Shown here one piece after another: positions 38,635 through 51,799 of a stretch of 64,000 nucleotides of DNA. Source of the stretch: Bispira polyomma (taxonomy: Eukaryota). Within the stretch, counting starts at the first letter, position 1; each line of letters opens with the position of its first letter. Both the position numbers and the translations under genes were made by a program. The stretch is taken from assembly GCA_965649765.1 (NCBI GenBank), contig OZ287749.1:63984001-64048000 (forward strand), in the 5' to 3' direction. The notes below the pieces were generated by a model. The model did no database searches and had not been told where the DNA came from. It was given only the letters and a program-made list of their open reading frames with translations.

Positions 38635-38835
38635 TTATTTTGCTTTAACGTTACTTTCAACACGTTCTATTGGTCATATCACGACGGGCAGTTTTAGTGC
38701 TGGAGGAAACCAGTGTGTAGTTACTAGTTGGTCAAGATTCTACACTGTAAACCAGCGACCATCGGTAAGTAACTGTCACCTTTCCCACTTCAAGCATGGA
38801 GGCGAGTCTTTAAAAAACTGCACTACCGAGCCCCT
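38635..38835 (-). mobile_element. Meta/MESC-like SINE, uninterrupted (empty-site reference for the YR element insertion)
   Basis: ggtcatatcacgacgggcagttttagtgctggaggaaaccagtgtgtagttactagttggtcaagattctacactgtaaacc...tttcccac is contiguous. Confidence 0.8.
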
Positions 38836-39084
38836 CACCTCCTTCAAAAAAAACTTTAGAAGGAGGATGACTATTCCAATAATGCAAATGCAAGTGGCAC
38901 AAATAAAAAAAGGAAATCTAAGCCAAAAGATTGTTTGTTGTGGTCAGAGATCAGAAAACAAGAAGCATTAAGATTGCTGTCAGATGGGCACCTTATAGAT
39001 CAATCCTCTGTCCTTGTGGATGTCTTATTTATATGAAGAAGATTCACAGAATAAACAGCCACTGTAAAAGACATTGAAAATTAT

Positions 39085-39620
39085 TAGTTGAGGTAGTTGA
39101 ATAATATCCGGGTTGGACCTTGTCTGGTTAGTCTTGGTCCACTTTAGAATAAGGTGAATATCTGGAGGGGCAAACAAAACGTCTGCCCCCGGGATGTGTC
39201 TGGTTGGGTCAAAGGGGATACCAGAGGGGGTGGTAAAATTGGAAATTCTCAAAAAGCCGAAAAATGCAAAGAAAAGTAGTCCTGTATAAATCAGGGAACA
39301 GGTAGCGTTTCACAACACTGTAAAATTTAAAGTAATTGTTGTAAATCAAAGACCCTATTAACCCAATAAGTAAATTTTGAGGTGAGTTCTAATGACCTTG
39401 TATATAGTACCAGTCGTGGGTCATATAGGCCTGTGTTTTGGATGTTTAAAACCTTAGTATTATGCTTTAAGGCAGATAAGTCATTAATAATTACTTTGTG
39501 AGATATCGCTGTTTGTGTGAGGAATTCCAAAAATGCAATAATACTATTGAAAATGAATGTTTGTTGTAAGTCATAGTATACTGTGAAGCTTATAAAGTGC
39601 CTGAATTGACTGTCATACTG
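39085..39620 (-). pseudogene. Relic of a second, diverged DIRS-order tyrosine recombinase inside an nAChR intron
   Basis: QYDSQFRHFISF...IIAFLEFL...IINDLSALK...FAFFGFLRISNF...FDPTRH...DVLF...LILKWTKTNQ is collinear with the 14312-14851 ORF. It has stops and frameshifts, and the HxxR/Y half is missing. Confidence 0.85.
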
Positions 39621-42550
39621 TTTGCCTCTATTGTCTCTTTTACTTTCTAATTTAGCTTTAGCATTTTACAATTTTACCTTGAAATTTTATGGTACAGTTG
39701 TAAATAGAGACCATAGTTAGCAATAGGTATATTCCCGAACAAAATCTAGTTTACTACCTCTAACTTCACTCTACCACATGACCTTATAGGTCACAACATC
39801 TAAAACTTGAAATTTCATGGTCAACCAAGAAAACCAGAAGTTCACTTAACTCCACCAATCTTAGCAACTGTGGATATTTCCACTTAAGCTTAGATTTTAC
39901 TTTCCACTTATTTTCATAACTGGCTTTATTACAATACACAATGGATGACCCTCAAGCCAAATGCCATGACCTGAAGCTGTGCTAAATTCCTATCGTGCCT
40001 TCCAAAAGATGTTCTAAACACCAAATATATGGTTTTCTCGATTTCCGGAGAAGAGCTTATAACGTTTGTCTATTGTTATTATTTTAAGAGAGGCTATGCA
40101 GTGGACTATAGCTAGATAACTAAAACTGCAATAAATACATTGAATATTAGATATTTGATGCATTCTTTATTCCTTTAATTTCTTAGCTGTTTATACCTCT
40201 GTATTGTGAAATAATAGTCACTAAAAATCCCACAACTATAAAACCATATTTCCTGAGTGTTGTCTTCGCTGAGTGAATGTATTGCTATTACTGACTTGTT
40301 CACTAAACATCAAGCTCAAATTCATCTTCACCAAGCAACACTTTATTACGTGGAGATTCACACTTTTTTGTGTAACAACATTTATTATAACCAAATTCAA
40401 TTCCATATAGAAACAATGTCTTTTGAACATGACATTTACTTGAAACAAGCAACAAAAAACAAGGCAAGACAACATAGACTCAGTTTGAGGTTGGATAGTT
40501 AGTCACATTGCAGCAATAAAATAACTAAATATCAGAGGGTATTCATTTCATTGAAGAACCACCCCCATTCTTCCTGTGGGCCAGAAAGTAATGCTTATTC
40601 AATATGTTATCAACAATAGGAAAGATGTATGAGCTAAGGATAACCCACTGCTATATCTATATTTTGCATGTCTGATGAAAGATCCTGTTTTCATCTGCAA
40701 TAGATTAAAAAAATCTATTTTCTTGTCTGTGTTTGCAAGTATCATTATGTACAACCAGTTATTCTGCAAAAATATTATAATTTTTTCAAGTTTACCTCTT
40801 GTTTATCTTTTTTAAAACAAAACTGACATCTCTTTTGAATGTTTTTTCCTCGAGAACCAATTGAGAAATATATTCATGAATTGTTATGAATGATAGACTC
40901 TCTGTGCTGAAGCCGAGGAAATATAGGGTTACTACAGTATGTAAGCATTGTACGAGAAATGCATGGCCATTCTGTTAGAAATTTGAAATTATCTATCATT
41001 GAATAGTGCTCTTAAATATAACACACCAAAAACTGATGAAATCCATGAAGGCCTTACATATTATTTCTAAGATGGCAGTGCACTTTCCAAAGATGTGGCA
41101 CCCTTTTCAGAATGAGAACAATATCAGGCTGTGCCTGATAAAAACTTAAGGAGTGTTGGATGTGGATTTTCTGGCCTTTATCAATTGATTTAAGGCTATG
41201 TTATTGGGGGGGGGGGGGGTCATCAGGCTCAAACCCTCCCCCTATTTAGTTTATGATATCAGTAAAAGCTACATGTTGTACATAAACTATTTATGGTGGC
41301 TCTGTCATGGTCTGAAGTCAGGTTAATTCTTGACCTTATGGTCAAGGCCTTGACCGTAAAATGTTCCTTGTCCTTTCTATATCAGGCCACAAAATTAAGG
41401 GGAACATTTTATTTGTCACAAATATTCAATACATTGCTGTTTGATCATTTTTCTTGGTTCAAAAATGGTGTGGCATTTTTCCTTGGTTTAGGAAGTCCAC
41501 AAGTTGAATGGTTTGACACCATGGAGTTGTGCCACATCGGTTGTTGCTTTTGTTTCTGTTGATGGACTCACAATTCCTTAGTCGATTGTTTTTTTAACAA
41601 AATAGGTTTTTATTAACATCTTTAAGTTAAGAAATCATTTTATAGGTTGTTTTAGCTATGGTTCAAATCAAAGCAACTGTTTTTGTAGCTGATTTTGTGC
41701 CAGTCTTAGGCACTTGGTTATTACTATTGTGAGAATTAATCAGAATTAAGTTTAACATAGTACAGATTCCTTGAGATTTATTGATGACATTCTCCTTATT
41801 TAACTATTAAATGTTATTTCATCTAGAATGTTATACTGTATGATTGCACATATATTCATCTTATGTTAAACTTCTATCTCAGAAAAAAATGACTAGAATT
41901 CCAATGTTTTATGTCTGAATAGTTGTAAGCTAGACATCTGTCTTGCCTATTGCCAAAATTGTTAATAAACTGTGGAACAGTGTAAGTTCATCCCACTACC
42001 ACTCCACACTTGTCAATGCTTTTTCTAGTGTCTGTAACTTAATGCTCAGATAATCACTTTATCCAGACATTAGGTCAAAGCACTGCATCTTCTGTACCTT
42101 TAAGCCCTGAGCCTTAGGGGAAAAAGTCACTGTGGCTGTAGTTAGCTTTTTTTTAGATGTCTTACTTGCTTAACGGCACTGTTGAAAAGAGTCAATGTTC
42201 TAAGGGACAAATAATATAATTGAAGATAAATGTAAACAAGAGTTTTTCCTGAAATCTACAAAAGCCATAAACCAGTCTAGAACTTTAACTACGTAGTGAT
42301 TAATGTATTTCAGGGTATGAACAGATATTTCCTGTTTCTGATGAGGTGCCAAAAAAGGTGTTGTAAAGTCTGATGTATGCACTAAACACTAAACTGTGTT
42401 CATTTGGTACCTAGTTGGAAATGTCTATAACCTCTACTTTAAAACCCTCTATAAAACTGAACAATTAACCACTGTATGTATACCCATTTTACATCCACCA
42501 CATAGCCACTATATATAACCACTATATATAACCACTTCTCGCCTCTCCAG

Positions 42551-42705
42551 GATGAAAGGAACCAAGTTCTGACGTCACACATCTGGCTAGATCAGGAGTG
42601 GGATGATGAGAAGATGGGCTGGGATCCAGATGATTACAACCAACTCAAGACACTCCGCATCCCCTCTGAACTGCTTTGGAAACCGGATGTAGTGCTGTAT
42701 AACAG
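42551..42705 (+). CDS. nAChR alpha subunit exon (loops D and A)
   Basis: Acceptor ctctccAG, donor GTAGGT at 42706. DERNQVLTSHIWLDQEWDDEKMGWDPDDYNQLKTLRIPSELLWKPDVVLYN(S), including the WxPD and loop A Tyr motifs. Phase 0 to phase 2; too short for the ORF track. Confidence 0.96.
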
Positions 42706-45700
42706 GTAGGTTGTTATCCGCTCTTTCAAAGTATGCCTGGCTGGTACAACATTGTTATCAGGACAAGTATCCTCATACGATACATAATATCAATAAATTA
42801 GTAAATATATTTGGTGGATAAAATCAAATTTTTTACTACTTAAAATTTATTTTTCAATTATGGTATTAATAGGTAGTTTCGAAAAGGGAATTTATTTAGT
42901 AGTATGTATTGGTGTCACTTACACTCCACTTTCTATGGTCGTGGGTTTGAAACAATTACAGCATGCATATGTTAAGTTTGTACATGTGGTAGATTTGTTG
43001 AAGGCCAGTGGATTATAATGCAGAAATCTTGTCATATTATCCTGTCCTATCCTTCAACAGTGACCTACCTATCACTATTTAACACCTAATAAAACGAAGT
43101 ACTTTTGAAAGTAGTGCTATCCTTGTCCTATCTGAGACACTAAATGGAAGAAACTACTTCTTAAAGCAGTACTACCTTATCACTGTACAAAATAGCAGAT
43201 TGAGAGGTAACAACCATGAGCTACAATGAGCCACTCAGTTCTACATTGATTGTGCAATAAACGTATTTCCATATTTGTAACTATTTTCATAAGTAGTGAT
43301 GACGTCATTGTGAATCAGATCTAATATTAGGTTCAATTGGGCTTAAAATAGGACATAGATTAGTTGGGAAGATAGGTCTGTCAGTAGGGTTTTTTGGTAT
43401 TATGCAAATGGACTCAACTAGCTATTAGCCCAGTGTCACTGATTGACTAAACAAACAGTCTCCAAATAAGTCTCAAAATAATAACTGTCTTGTGTTTATA
43501 TTTGGTACCTTTTAGGCCTCCTGAATAAATATTCCAATATTGATTAGATTTTAAAAAGTACATTAACTTTCAAATTGGTGCCTTCAATGATGGTAAGTAT
43601 TTTGAAGTGTGCACTCACTGTGGTAAATATCAAAGCATCTTGACAATACCACATATATGACAAAAATCTTTGAGAAGTTAAATAAATTATACTTCTGGGT
43701 TCAAGGATTCAATGCACAAATGTCACGTGAAAGAAATTATATAGCATAGAACCGCAAGGTGGCGCTGTTTATACACCTGGTGACGTAATTCAGAGGTAAT
43801 TTAGAGGGTCGCCTGTTCATTCAAAAAATATGTATCACCTGGGACTTATGTTGCACTTATATTACTAACTAACTGGACATAATCAAATTTCACCCATGCT
43901 TCATTTTGAAAGCTAAAAGACCATGAGGCTGTACTGATTATAATAATGATTTGAAATGCTATTTCATGAAACAGAATTTTCCAGAAATATTAAAAGAAAA
44001 AATCCTATGTATTAGTTCATTGTCACTAATATTTTAGTAATTTATCTTCCTAAATTTATCACGTAGGTTTAGTTCCTTTTTGAGAGCAAATGCATCCTAC
44101 TCAGTCACATTTGGGGGAAAATTATTTTCATTGACCAGATGATGGTGACCTGGTCAAGATTAGTACTTTGTGACCTCATTTGTCCAATCAGGTTTTGACA
44201 TTGATGACCAAAGCTCGTTGTCTCTCCTCCTGCTAATAGGCTTTTAACAGCCTATAGTAGTCTCATCCTTTGATTTTTGTACTGCAAACGGAAAAAGTAC
44301 ATGGATTGGAATAGAATCTGATTCGTGCAGCAGGGCAAAATAACAGGTCCAGGTTTCAAACAGTCAAACGCTCATATTTGACAGGACAAAGTGACCAATT
44401 TATGTTAAGTTTATGTTGAGGAAACTGTACAGATTAAACTGACAAATGGATTGAAGTGGCATAATAGATATACAAAAATGTATATAGAATTCACGCAGAT
44501 GGTCAGGTCTTATGTTATTCTTCTAGACTGAGTTTATAGTGATAATGTTCACTTAAGCAGTATTTCAAGACACAAATACTAGTATATCCTAAACATATCA
44601 CTCTTGGTGATTGGTTTAATACATTTTCTCACGTCAAGGTCCAACTATTCAGTAACAAGCACGAATTGGAGATTTCTGTTGCAAATCACATGCTGTACTA
44701 CATTCATACTATTACATACCATACTGTTACTAATAAACTGCTATGGTTATCTAAGAAATCTTAGAAAAAGAAACCCCCAAAAAACCTGTAACAGCTCATT
44801 GTTTTATTCAGGTGTGTATTTATATAACTAAAATATTTTAGATGACAATATTATAAACCAAGCTTGACTCTTTGCCAAGGTTAAAGAAAACTGCAGAAAG
44901 GACTCACAATATTGACAATCTAATCACCCTGAACTTTTTTTCTTAAGACACAGTTTATATGGTAGCTTCAATGGTTTTATAGACTTTTATATCTGACTAT
45001 ATATAAATAAATATAATATAAATATTAAATTCTCAATTACAAATTGAAAACATGGTTTTAGGTGTTGAATAAATCAAGCTATTAACATATGTCTTGCTTC
45101 CAATATATAGAACCCACACATCGAAATGTTGTCTGATTAGCTCTTTACCAAAGCCCATCCAGAACTCAACCGAGTACCATCCCTTTTATCGCCCTTTTGA
45201 GACACAAAGTTCTAAGTGCACCTGATCACCCTAAATGTGTTTTTCCATTTCTGGGTTTACGTCCCATTTCTGGGTGACACAACAAACATGCGCAAATTGA
45301 ACACAAGCGGAACCCCACGAAAAGTAAATGGGGGTTAGGGTGGATTTTAGTTAAACCACTTTCAAGGTTCTGTGATGGGCTTGTTACCCCCTGACAAATG
45401 TGTTTTCCCCTTTAAGAGCATTTGTAGCAGTGAATAAGATGTGGTTTTAATGTCTGATAGGATCAGATGGTACTGGACATAAAGAGATACAGGAAAACAT
45501 TACGAGCAAGTCTGAGAGTTTAGTCCATTCACCTAGAGTGTTTATATCTGACTACATTTGTAAATAGTTTAAGATAACCTTTGTTGACCAGTTTATTAAA
45601 ATGTATGACTCTATTGTAATGATAAAAAAAACAGCAAGATATATTACTCAAACATCCATAAGCTTTAGGAAATCATTTAATTAATTTTGTTATTTATTAG

Positions 45701-46031
45701 AAACAAAGATAACAATTTACTACAAACTCCTGACGAGTGAGTCGGGGATTATTCCTCTTCGGCTTAATTTACACTTAGATTTGGTTTAATATCGCTTTTG
45801 AATAACTGTGTATTATATCGCAACTGTAAATTATTGGTGAAGGAAAAGACAGGGTTGGTGGTTCAGAATTTCTCCCATGGGCCTGGGGAATTTTTTTTCC
45901 AAGTTGTTTGTTAATATCATAACTGAAAAATAAATAAAAGAAGCAAAATATGTCATAAATAGATTGATGTATTATTATTATGACAGTCAGTTGTGTTACC
46001 TCTACTCGGCCACCTCTCTCAGAGCCACTGT

Positions 46032-46245
46032 GGGGACTGCTGTTGCCCAGTGGTTAGAAGCACCCAGTTTACAGTCACTAGCCCCTTACTAATTTGGGTT
46101 TGAATCCCGTTCTTCTATCATATGGAAAGTTTGTCAGGAACATACCGTAGGTGGGTGGTTTACAGTGCTTCAGCACTAATTTCTTCCACCATTAATTCTG
46201 GCCATCGTGATATGACCAGAGTTGAAAGCGACGTAAAACCCTGGT
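46032..46245 (+). mobile_element. Meta/MESC-like SINE
   Basis: ttgcccagtggttag, gggtttgaatccc, tggaaagtttgtcagg..ccgtaggtgggtggtttacagtgc..cgtgatatgacc..gttgaaagcgacgtaaaaccc. Confidence 0.8.
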
Positions 46246-47232
46246 AGATTCTAATCCTAATTCCCAGCCCTAGTGTGGTCTCCTGTTTCCTAGTGGTTAA
46301 GGAAGTTGGTTTGAAAACCAGAAATCCATGGTTTGACTCCTGCTAATGCCACTTGGTGTTTTAGTGTGATAACATCCTTGGCAAGATGTGAACGCCCTAT
46401 TACCTACTGGTGATGACGCAGGCTATGTTGTAGGACAATCCCTTTCAAAGAACAAGCGACTTATTTATTTATTTCTCGTATGCATGATACACATTTTTTA
46501 CAATAAAACAAAAAGAAGGGAAACAAACACAAAGAAAAAGAAAATGACACAGTGGTAGTGCAAATTGTTTTAACATAGTATCCATAGTATTGTCACCTTA
46601 AAGATGACATATAAATAAAACATTATATATATATGCTTCAGTAATATTAATACAGTGCTATCTTTATAGTCAGATTGTAATATTTATCTGGTTTGAGTTT
46701 GAGTCGTTTGGAATCTCACTTTATTCCAATGCCTGCTTATATTATTTTCAACACGCGGTGGAGATCCTCAGCAGCTCAATTTTCTTTACTTACTCATTAT
46801 AGCTATTCAAGTTTGTGTGCTCAGCCTATGTTTTGGAAGGCAAATCAAGGATGCAGTTATTTATCCCTGGCTTTGCTAAGTAGCATTCATCAAATGTGGC
46901 CAAACACCTTGGTCTATATTTATAAAAACAGTATCTGCTTAAATTGCAGACATCTAAAATCTGACTGCACAATTGAGTTCATTTATTCAAAACTCGGTTT
47001 AATTGAATGGTGACGTTGTTGTGTTTCTAACACTAACAAAAAATTATCTGTGGTTCATCTGGTGAAGCATAATCTTGAGTTCCAAAACAAATCAGGTCCC
47101 TGTATTTTCTAACCAATATATTTGTGTTATTTACTTGTGATTTGAGACTTCAGATTTTGAATTATACATGTGTAGTATTTTGCCTTGGAGGACAATATTG
47201 TATTTAAGTAATAATATGTATATTGTTTTCAG

Positions 47233-47413
47233 TGCCGATGACTACACCAATGGCTACATGCCAGCCTTGGCTATGGTGTCACATGATGGTCATGTGTTTT
47301 GGCCTCCTATAGTGAAGTTAAGGAGCACCTGTAAGATTGACATCACCTATTTCCCCTTTGACGACCAGACATGCTCATTGAAGTTAGGATCTTGGGCTTA
47401 TGATGGACTTCAG
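47233..47413 (+). CDS. nAChR alpha subunit exon (loop E, Cys-loop, loop B)
   Basis: Acceptor ttgttttcAG, donor GTAATT at 47414. (S)ADDYTNGYMPALAMVSHDGHVFWPPIVKLRSTCKIDITYFPFDDQTCSLKLGSWAYDGLQ, with Cys-loop C-x13-C (FPFD) and GSWxY. Confidence 0.97.
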
Positions 47414-49326
47414 GTAATTGGTCATACCTAACCATCATCGGCTGGTTTTACTGAAGATATCTTTGAAAGTGTATTCTAGCATGACACGGCTGTGTCTGCA
47501 ATTCTGATTCGCCGAAAGTTTTAATGAAATTTTGACTATACTCATGGCTGTTCCATTATTATCGAATGCAAACGTAAGTAAGATGAAAAAGCTTGTGTTT
47601 GTGTACGTTTATCAGTGAGACAGATGATTATTTTATAAATTTAAAGTAAGTTTTATCTTTTTTATTATTTTGTCATGTTAGAATAGGAATAACACACCCC
47701 AAAGCATGGTCTACAGATAATTTTACCATTCTTTAAAGATTAAACCTTGCATCATCCATATACCATGCTTTGTCGCGTGTTATTCCTATAGCAACATATG
47801 TGATACATATTTATTATATCCGTGACACTTTGATATCACAAATATCCAAACAATTGACTGATAAATCTGCCGCTCTGACCCATTGGGCAACACATTCGCC
47901 TGAAAGGAAATTCAGGTTTGCTCTCAGACTGGGGTGTTCAGGTACAAGCAGGGACATAGTGGCTTGGTTAACCACTTAAAATGGTGGTCCTCTATCATTT
48001 GAGTCATATCCCCAGTGGCAAGGTAAATAACACTGGGGTATTGCAATAGGTTCATCCTTAAGCCTCTCTCTTCCGCTAGGGGAATGATAGTTTGACTGTA
48101 CTTTGGCAATCAATAAGAGGTCGATTAGTGTTCTAAGGACCAGATAAACGTATATACATAAGTATAACTTTGAATACAATAAAATGCATGTATTCATTAT
48201 ATTCCACATGATTAAAATAGCCATATAATATAATTAATACTGACATGATATGTCCACTCTCGGTTGGTATAATGCAATTTTTTTATGTCATTATATATTA
48301 ATGTCAAATATTTTATATGCCACATTATCATTAAGACAACAGGCAGTGCTGATCTGTCACTCTCAGCCTTAAATAAATCTTTTAATTTAAAATAGAACCA
48401 GAAGAAATAGATATAAACATTGAAGCTAAATGCTTACTCTGACATAACTGCACTCCACAAAATAATGAAAAACACAGTTCCAGCATTAACAAACATTTTT
48501 TTAATACCCTTTAGATCCAAAGATATAGGAAATTGTGATGTATTCAGTGCTAAAATGTAAGTCGTGTAACTGCTGGTAATAAATGGGGGTCATTATTTAG
48601 TGTGTTACTGCTAAGCTCTGTTGTATTTATAGAGAGTAAATATATCTACATGTTCTCTGTGACTAAATAAATGCATGGTATTAAAATGGTATCAAAATGG
48701 AATAAATAATTTCAATGATGTTGTTGATTTCAAGCTTATGAAGCATTATCTTTGGCATATGGGTCATTTCATAATGACTGAAATATCTTGTATAATATTT
48801 TGTAAACGTTACTGTAATCTTTGTTTATGTATTTGGCGACCATCTACAATGGTAAATTTTCAATGACAACAAATATGAGATGAATGTTTTATGATCTTTT
48901 TTATACTTAATTTGTTTATATGTTATATGCTAATCTTAACAAATTCAATTCATATCATATCCCATTAATGTATATAGGTCACACTGACATTCCAGGTAAG
49001 ATACTTCTTAGGTGACAAAGAGGAGCTGGGTTTAATCCAAGTCTGGACATCACAAGTACAGGACAGGTACAAATGACAGTCCTCCCTAATTGGATCCTAT
49101 CTCCAGTGGCAGGCTAATGAAGGTTGATTAATCATCATCACCAAGCCTCCTTCTTCATCTAAAGAAATTATAGACATTGGTGCTTGCAGGTTGTACCTGT
49201 ACTCTCAAGAGAAGGTGAATTTGAGCTTTAATTCTAGTCAGCGGTACATACTGTGTCGCATACTTAACTTGCTGTATTTTATTACATTATATCATCAGTT
49301 TCAAACCCTTACTACATGTATTGTAG

Positions 49327-49433
49327 GTGGATGTGTTAAAAAGGGATGGCTCCTTAGACCTGTCTAATTATGTCAGTAATGGTGAATGGGAGCTCATTAA
49401 TGTCACTGTGGTACGGAATGTGGAGTATTACAG
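49327..49433 (+). CDS. nAChR alpha subunit exon (loop F to start of loop C)
   Basis: Acceptor ttgtAG, donor GTAGGT at 49434. VDVLKRDGSLDLSNYVSNGEWELINVTVVRNVEYY(S) with the D.S.Y..NGEW motif. Phase 0 to phase 2. Confidence 0.95.
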
Positions 49434-50480
49434 GTAGGTACTCATGTTATGTGAGGTACTGGGTATTGGTACATGGTAGGTACCCATGTTTTAGTTAGGT
49501 GTTTTAGTTGGTACTGTGGTACTGGTACTGTGGTACTGACACATGTAAGATATGTCAGGTACATTAGATATCACTTTGATGGTACATATAGGGGACTCTT
49601 GTTGCATTAGGGACTGTGTTAGTGGTACAGTTAATGTACTCACTTTGCATGAGACATTGTAGTTTTGATACCTTTGCTGCATCAGGTACTAAGTCCTGAT
49701 AAATGTATAAAGTAGAGAATAGGTACGATTCGGAAATGTATTACAGGTTCAGGTAAAGCCGTTTATTGCATAAGGCATTGTAATCATGACATCATTGCTA
49801 CATTTGTACAGGTAATGTACCATTGTTATGTTAAGGCAAGCACTACTACGCCTGAAATTTAGATACATAATACCAAATGATTAGTTAAGACCCACCGACT
49901 GTCAAGGCTCACCTGGAATTTAATGGTAAAGATCTTAAGACGAACATATAGTGATAAACTATTAAAAATCAATCTTTAAAAACATTTATTTCCATTCAAA
50001 CACAGGGTGGATCTTAATTGGTGGTAGGTCTACATTGCTGCAGCACCAACCACAATGTACTCCTATAGTATTTTGCATTGACTCGTGTGTTCATTATTCC
50101 CATTTCCCTTCATACAGTCCTGCACATTATTTCTGTTATCATTTTTTTTCTGTAAACTCTCCCGAACACATACTTAAATCGTAAAAACTTTATTGGTGCA
50201 TAAAAAATGTACCGTAACCTTACACCCAAGTTTAAGTAACCCAAACCTTAAATATATATCACAGGTTGATATAGGTGGAGTTTAGTTCATTCAAGTTTAA
50301 TAAGTCTTAGCACAATTAAGCTGGCCTTATCTTTGGCAGCAGTAAATAATGTAGTTTTAACAAAACAATAACATTTAGTATTTCCAACTCCAGCGTTCAC
50401 TCAAAGATAATCCAAACTGAAGGTCAGTTGTCACAGGAGGGGACTCAGCTATACCATACACTTTCTGTTCATTTTTTCAG

Positions 50481-50728
50481 CTGCTGTCCAGAACCCTACC
50501 CAGATGTGACCTTTACTCTCCACATCCGGCGCCGTACCCTGTACTACACCTATAGCGTCCTCATCCCCTGTATCATGCTGTCTTGTCTCACCCTTCTTGA
50601 GTTCTGGATGCCGCCTGAGGGTGGGGAGAAGGTGGCCCTTGGTCTGACCGTACTGCTGGCATTCTCCGTGTTTATGCTACTTATTGCAGAAAACATGCCG
50701 GCCACTTCCTTCTATGTACCTCTGATAG
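50481..50728 (+). CDS. nAChR alpha subunit exon (loop C vicinal Cys, M1, M2)
   Basis: Acceptor attttttcAG, donor GTAAGT at 50729. (S)CCPEPYPDVTFTLHIRRRTLYY...IPC...PPEGGEKVALGLTVLLAFSVFMLLIAENMPATSFYVPLI(G). YxCC defines an alpha subunit; GEK at -1'/0' indicates a cation channel. Confidence 0.97.
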
Positions 50729-51104
50729 GTAAGTGCCTCGGTGGTATAGTTTTAACACACTCGCCTCACACCTCCATGCCGTTTGCAAAGCAGATAATCT
50801 TGACCAACTACTCTGCTCTTTGATATGGCCCAGAAAACATTTTGGGTCAAATAGGTTATTAATCTACTTTTTCTGATATGCTAAAGTACAGGCCCTTTTG
50901 ATTTTGTAACACATGACTGGAACATTTCTTAACCCATCAGTCATATATGTAAAATTTAAGTCATGGACATCTATTACATGATGATTAATTGTTATTGTCG
51001 AAGTATCATATTGACTGTCTGCTAGCGTCTACTAAGGTATTGTTACCGCTATACACACCTGTTTTACTACTAATGTACTAAACCTCCTATATTATATGTT
51101 ACAG

Positions 51105-51799
51105 GTGTTTACATCATCGTTGCTATGGGATTGACCTGTGTCTCAGTGATGTTTGCTGTCATAGTGACCTACATTTATCACCAAGGCAGCATGAACAGAG
51201 AGGTACCACCTTGGTTAAGGAGATCTGCTTTCTATCTCAACAAAATTGTAAGGACAAGGGCAACCATGCAACCGGATGTGACGTCAGGGAAGAGGAGTAA
51301 TCAATGTCTGCACACGAATAACAACAGCAATGGTGACGCAAGGAGGATAGCAGACATTGACTCCAATACTCCTCTCAGAAGTTCTTTTAACAGTCTGAAC
51401 TTTTCCTATCGTACAGAGACAACAAATTTAGACTTTGAAAATGTGCACTTTAAACACGAGATGAGTCCGAAGAGGAATTCCTGTCGGGAAACCCAGTTTG
51501 GGAGTTCCCCCGGAAGTACAGGAAGTAAAAAGAGGAAATCCCTGCATAAACCTGTACTAAACGGACAGAGATGTTCCTCGAGTGAAGAGCTGCTCAGTAA
51601 ATTAGACTTGTTACTCAGTAAACATGAAGAATTACTGAATTTCCAATACAGTCAAAGGTTACAGGCTGTCAACAAAGAATGGCAGGAGATTTCTGAAGTC
51701 TGGGACCGGTTTTTGTTTTGGATCTATTTCCTCATGACTACTGCTATTACTGTGATCATTTTGATATTAGTACCACTGGGCAAGAATGTCACTATATAG
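51105..51799 (+). CDS. nAChR alpha subunit last coding exon (M3, cytoplasmic loop, M4, stop)
   Basis: Acceptor ttacAG at 51103-04, phase 1 matching the previous exon. GVYIIVAMGLTCVSVMFAVIVTYIYHQG...EWQEISEVWDRFLFWIYFLMTTAITVIILILVPLGKNVTI*. The EW...A/S.V.DR motif precedes M4. Confidence 0.96.
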
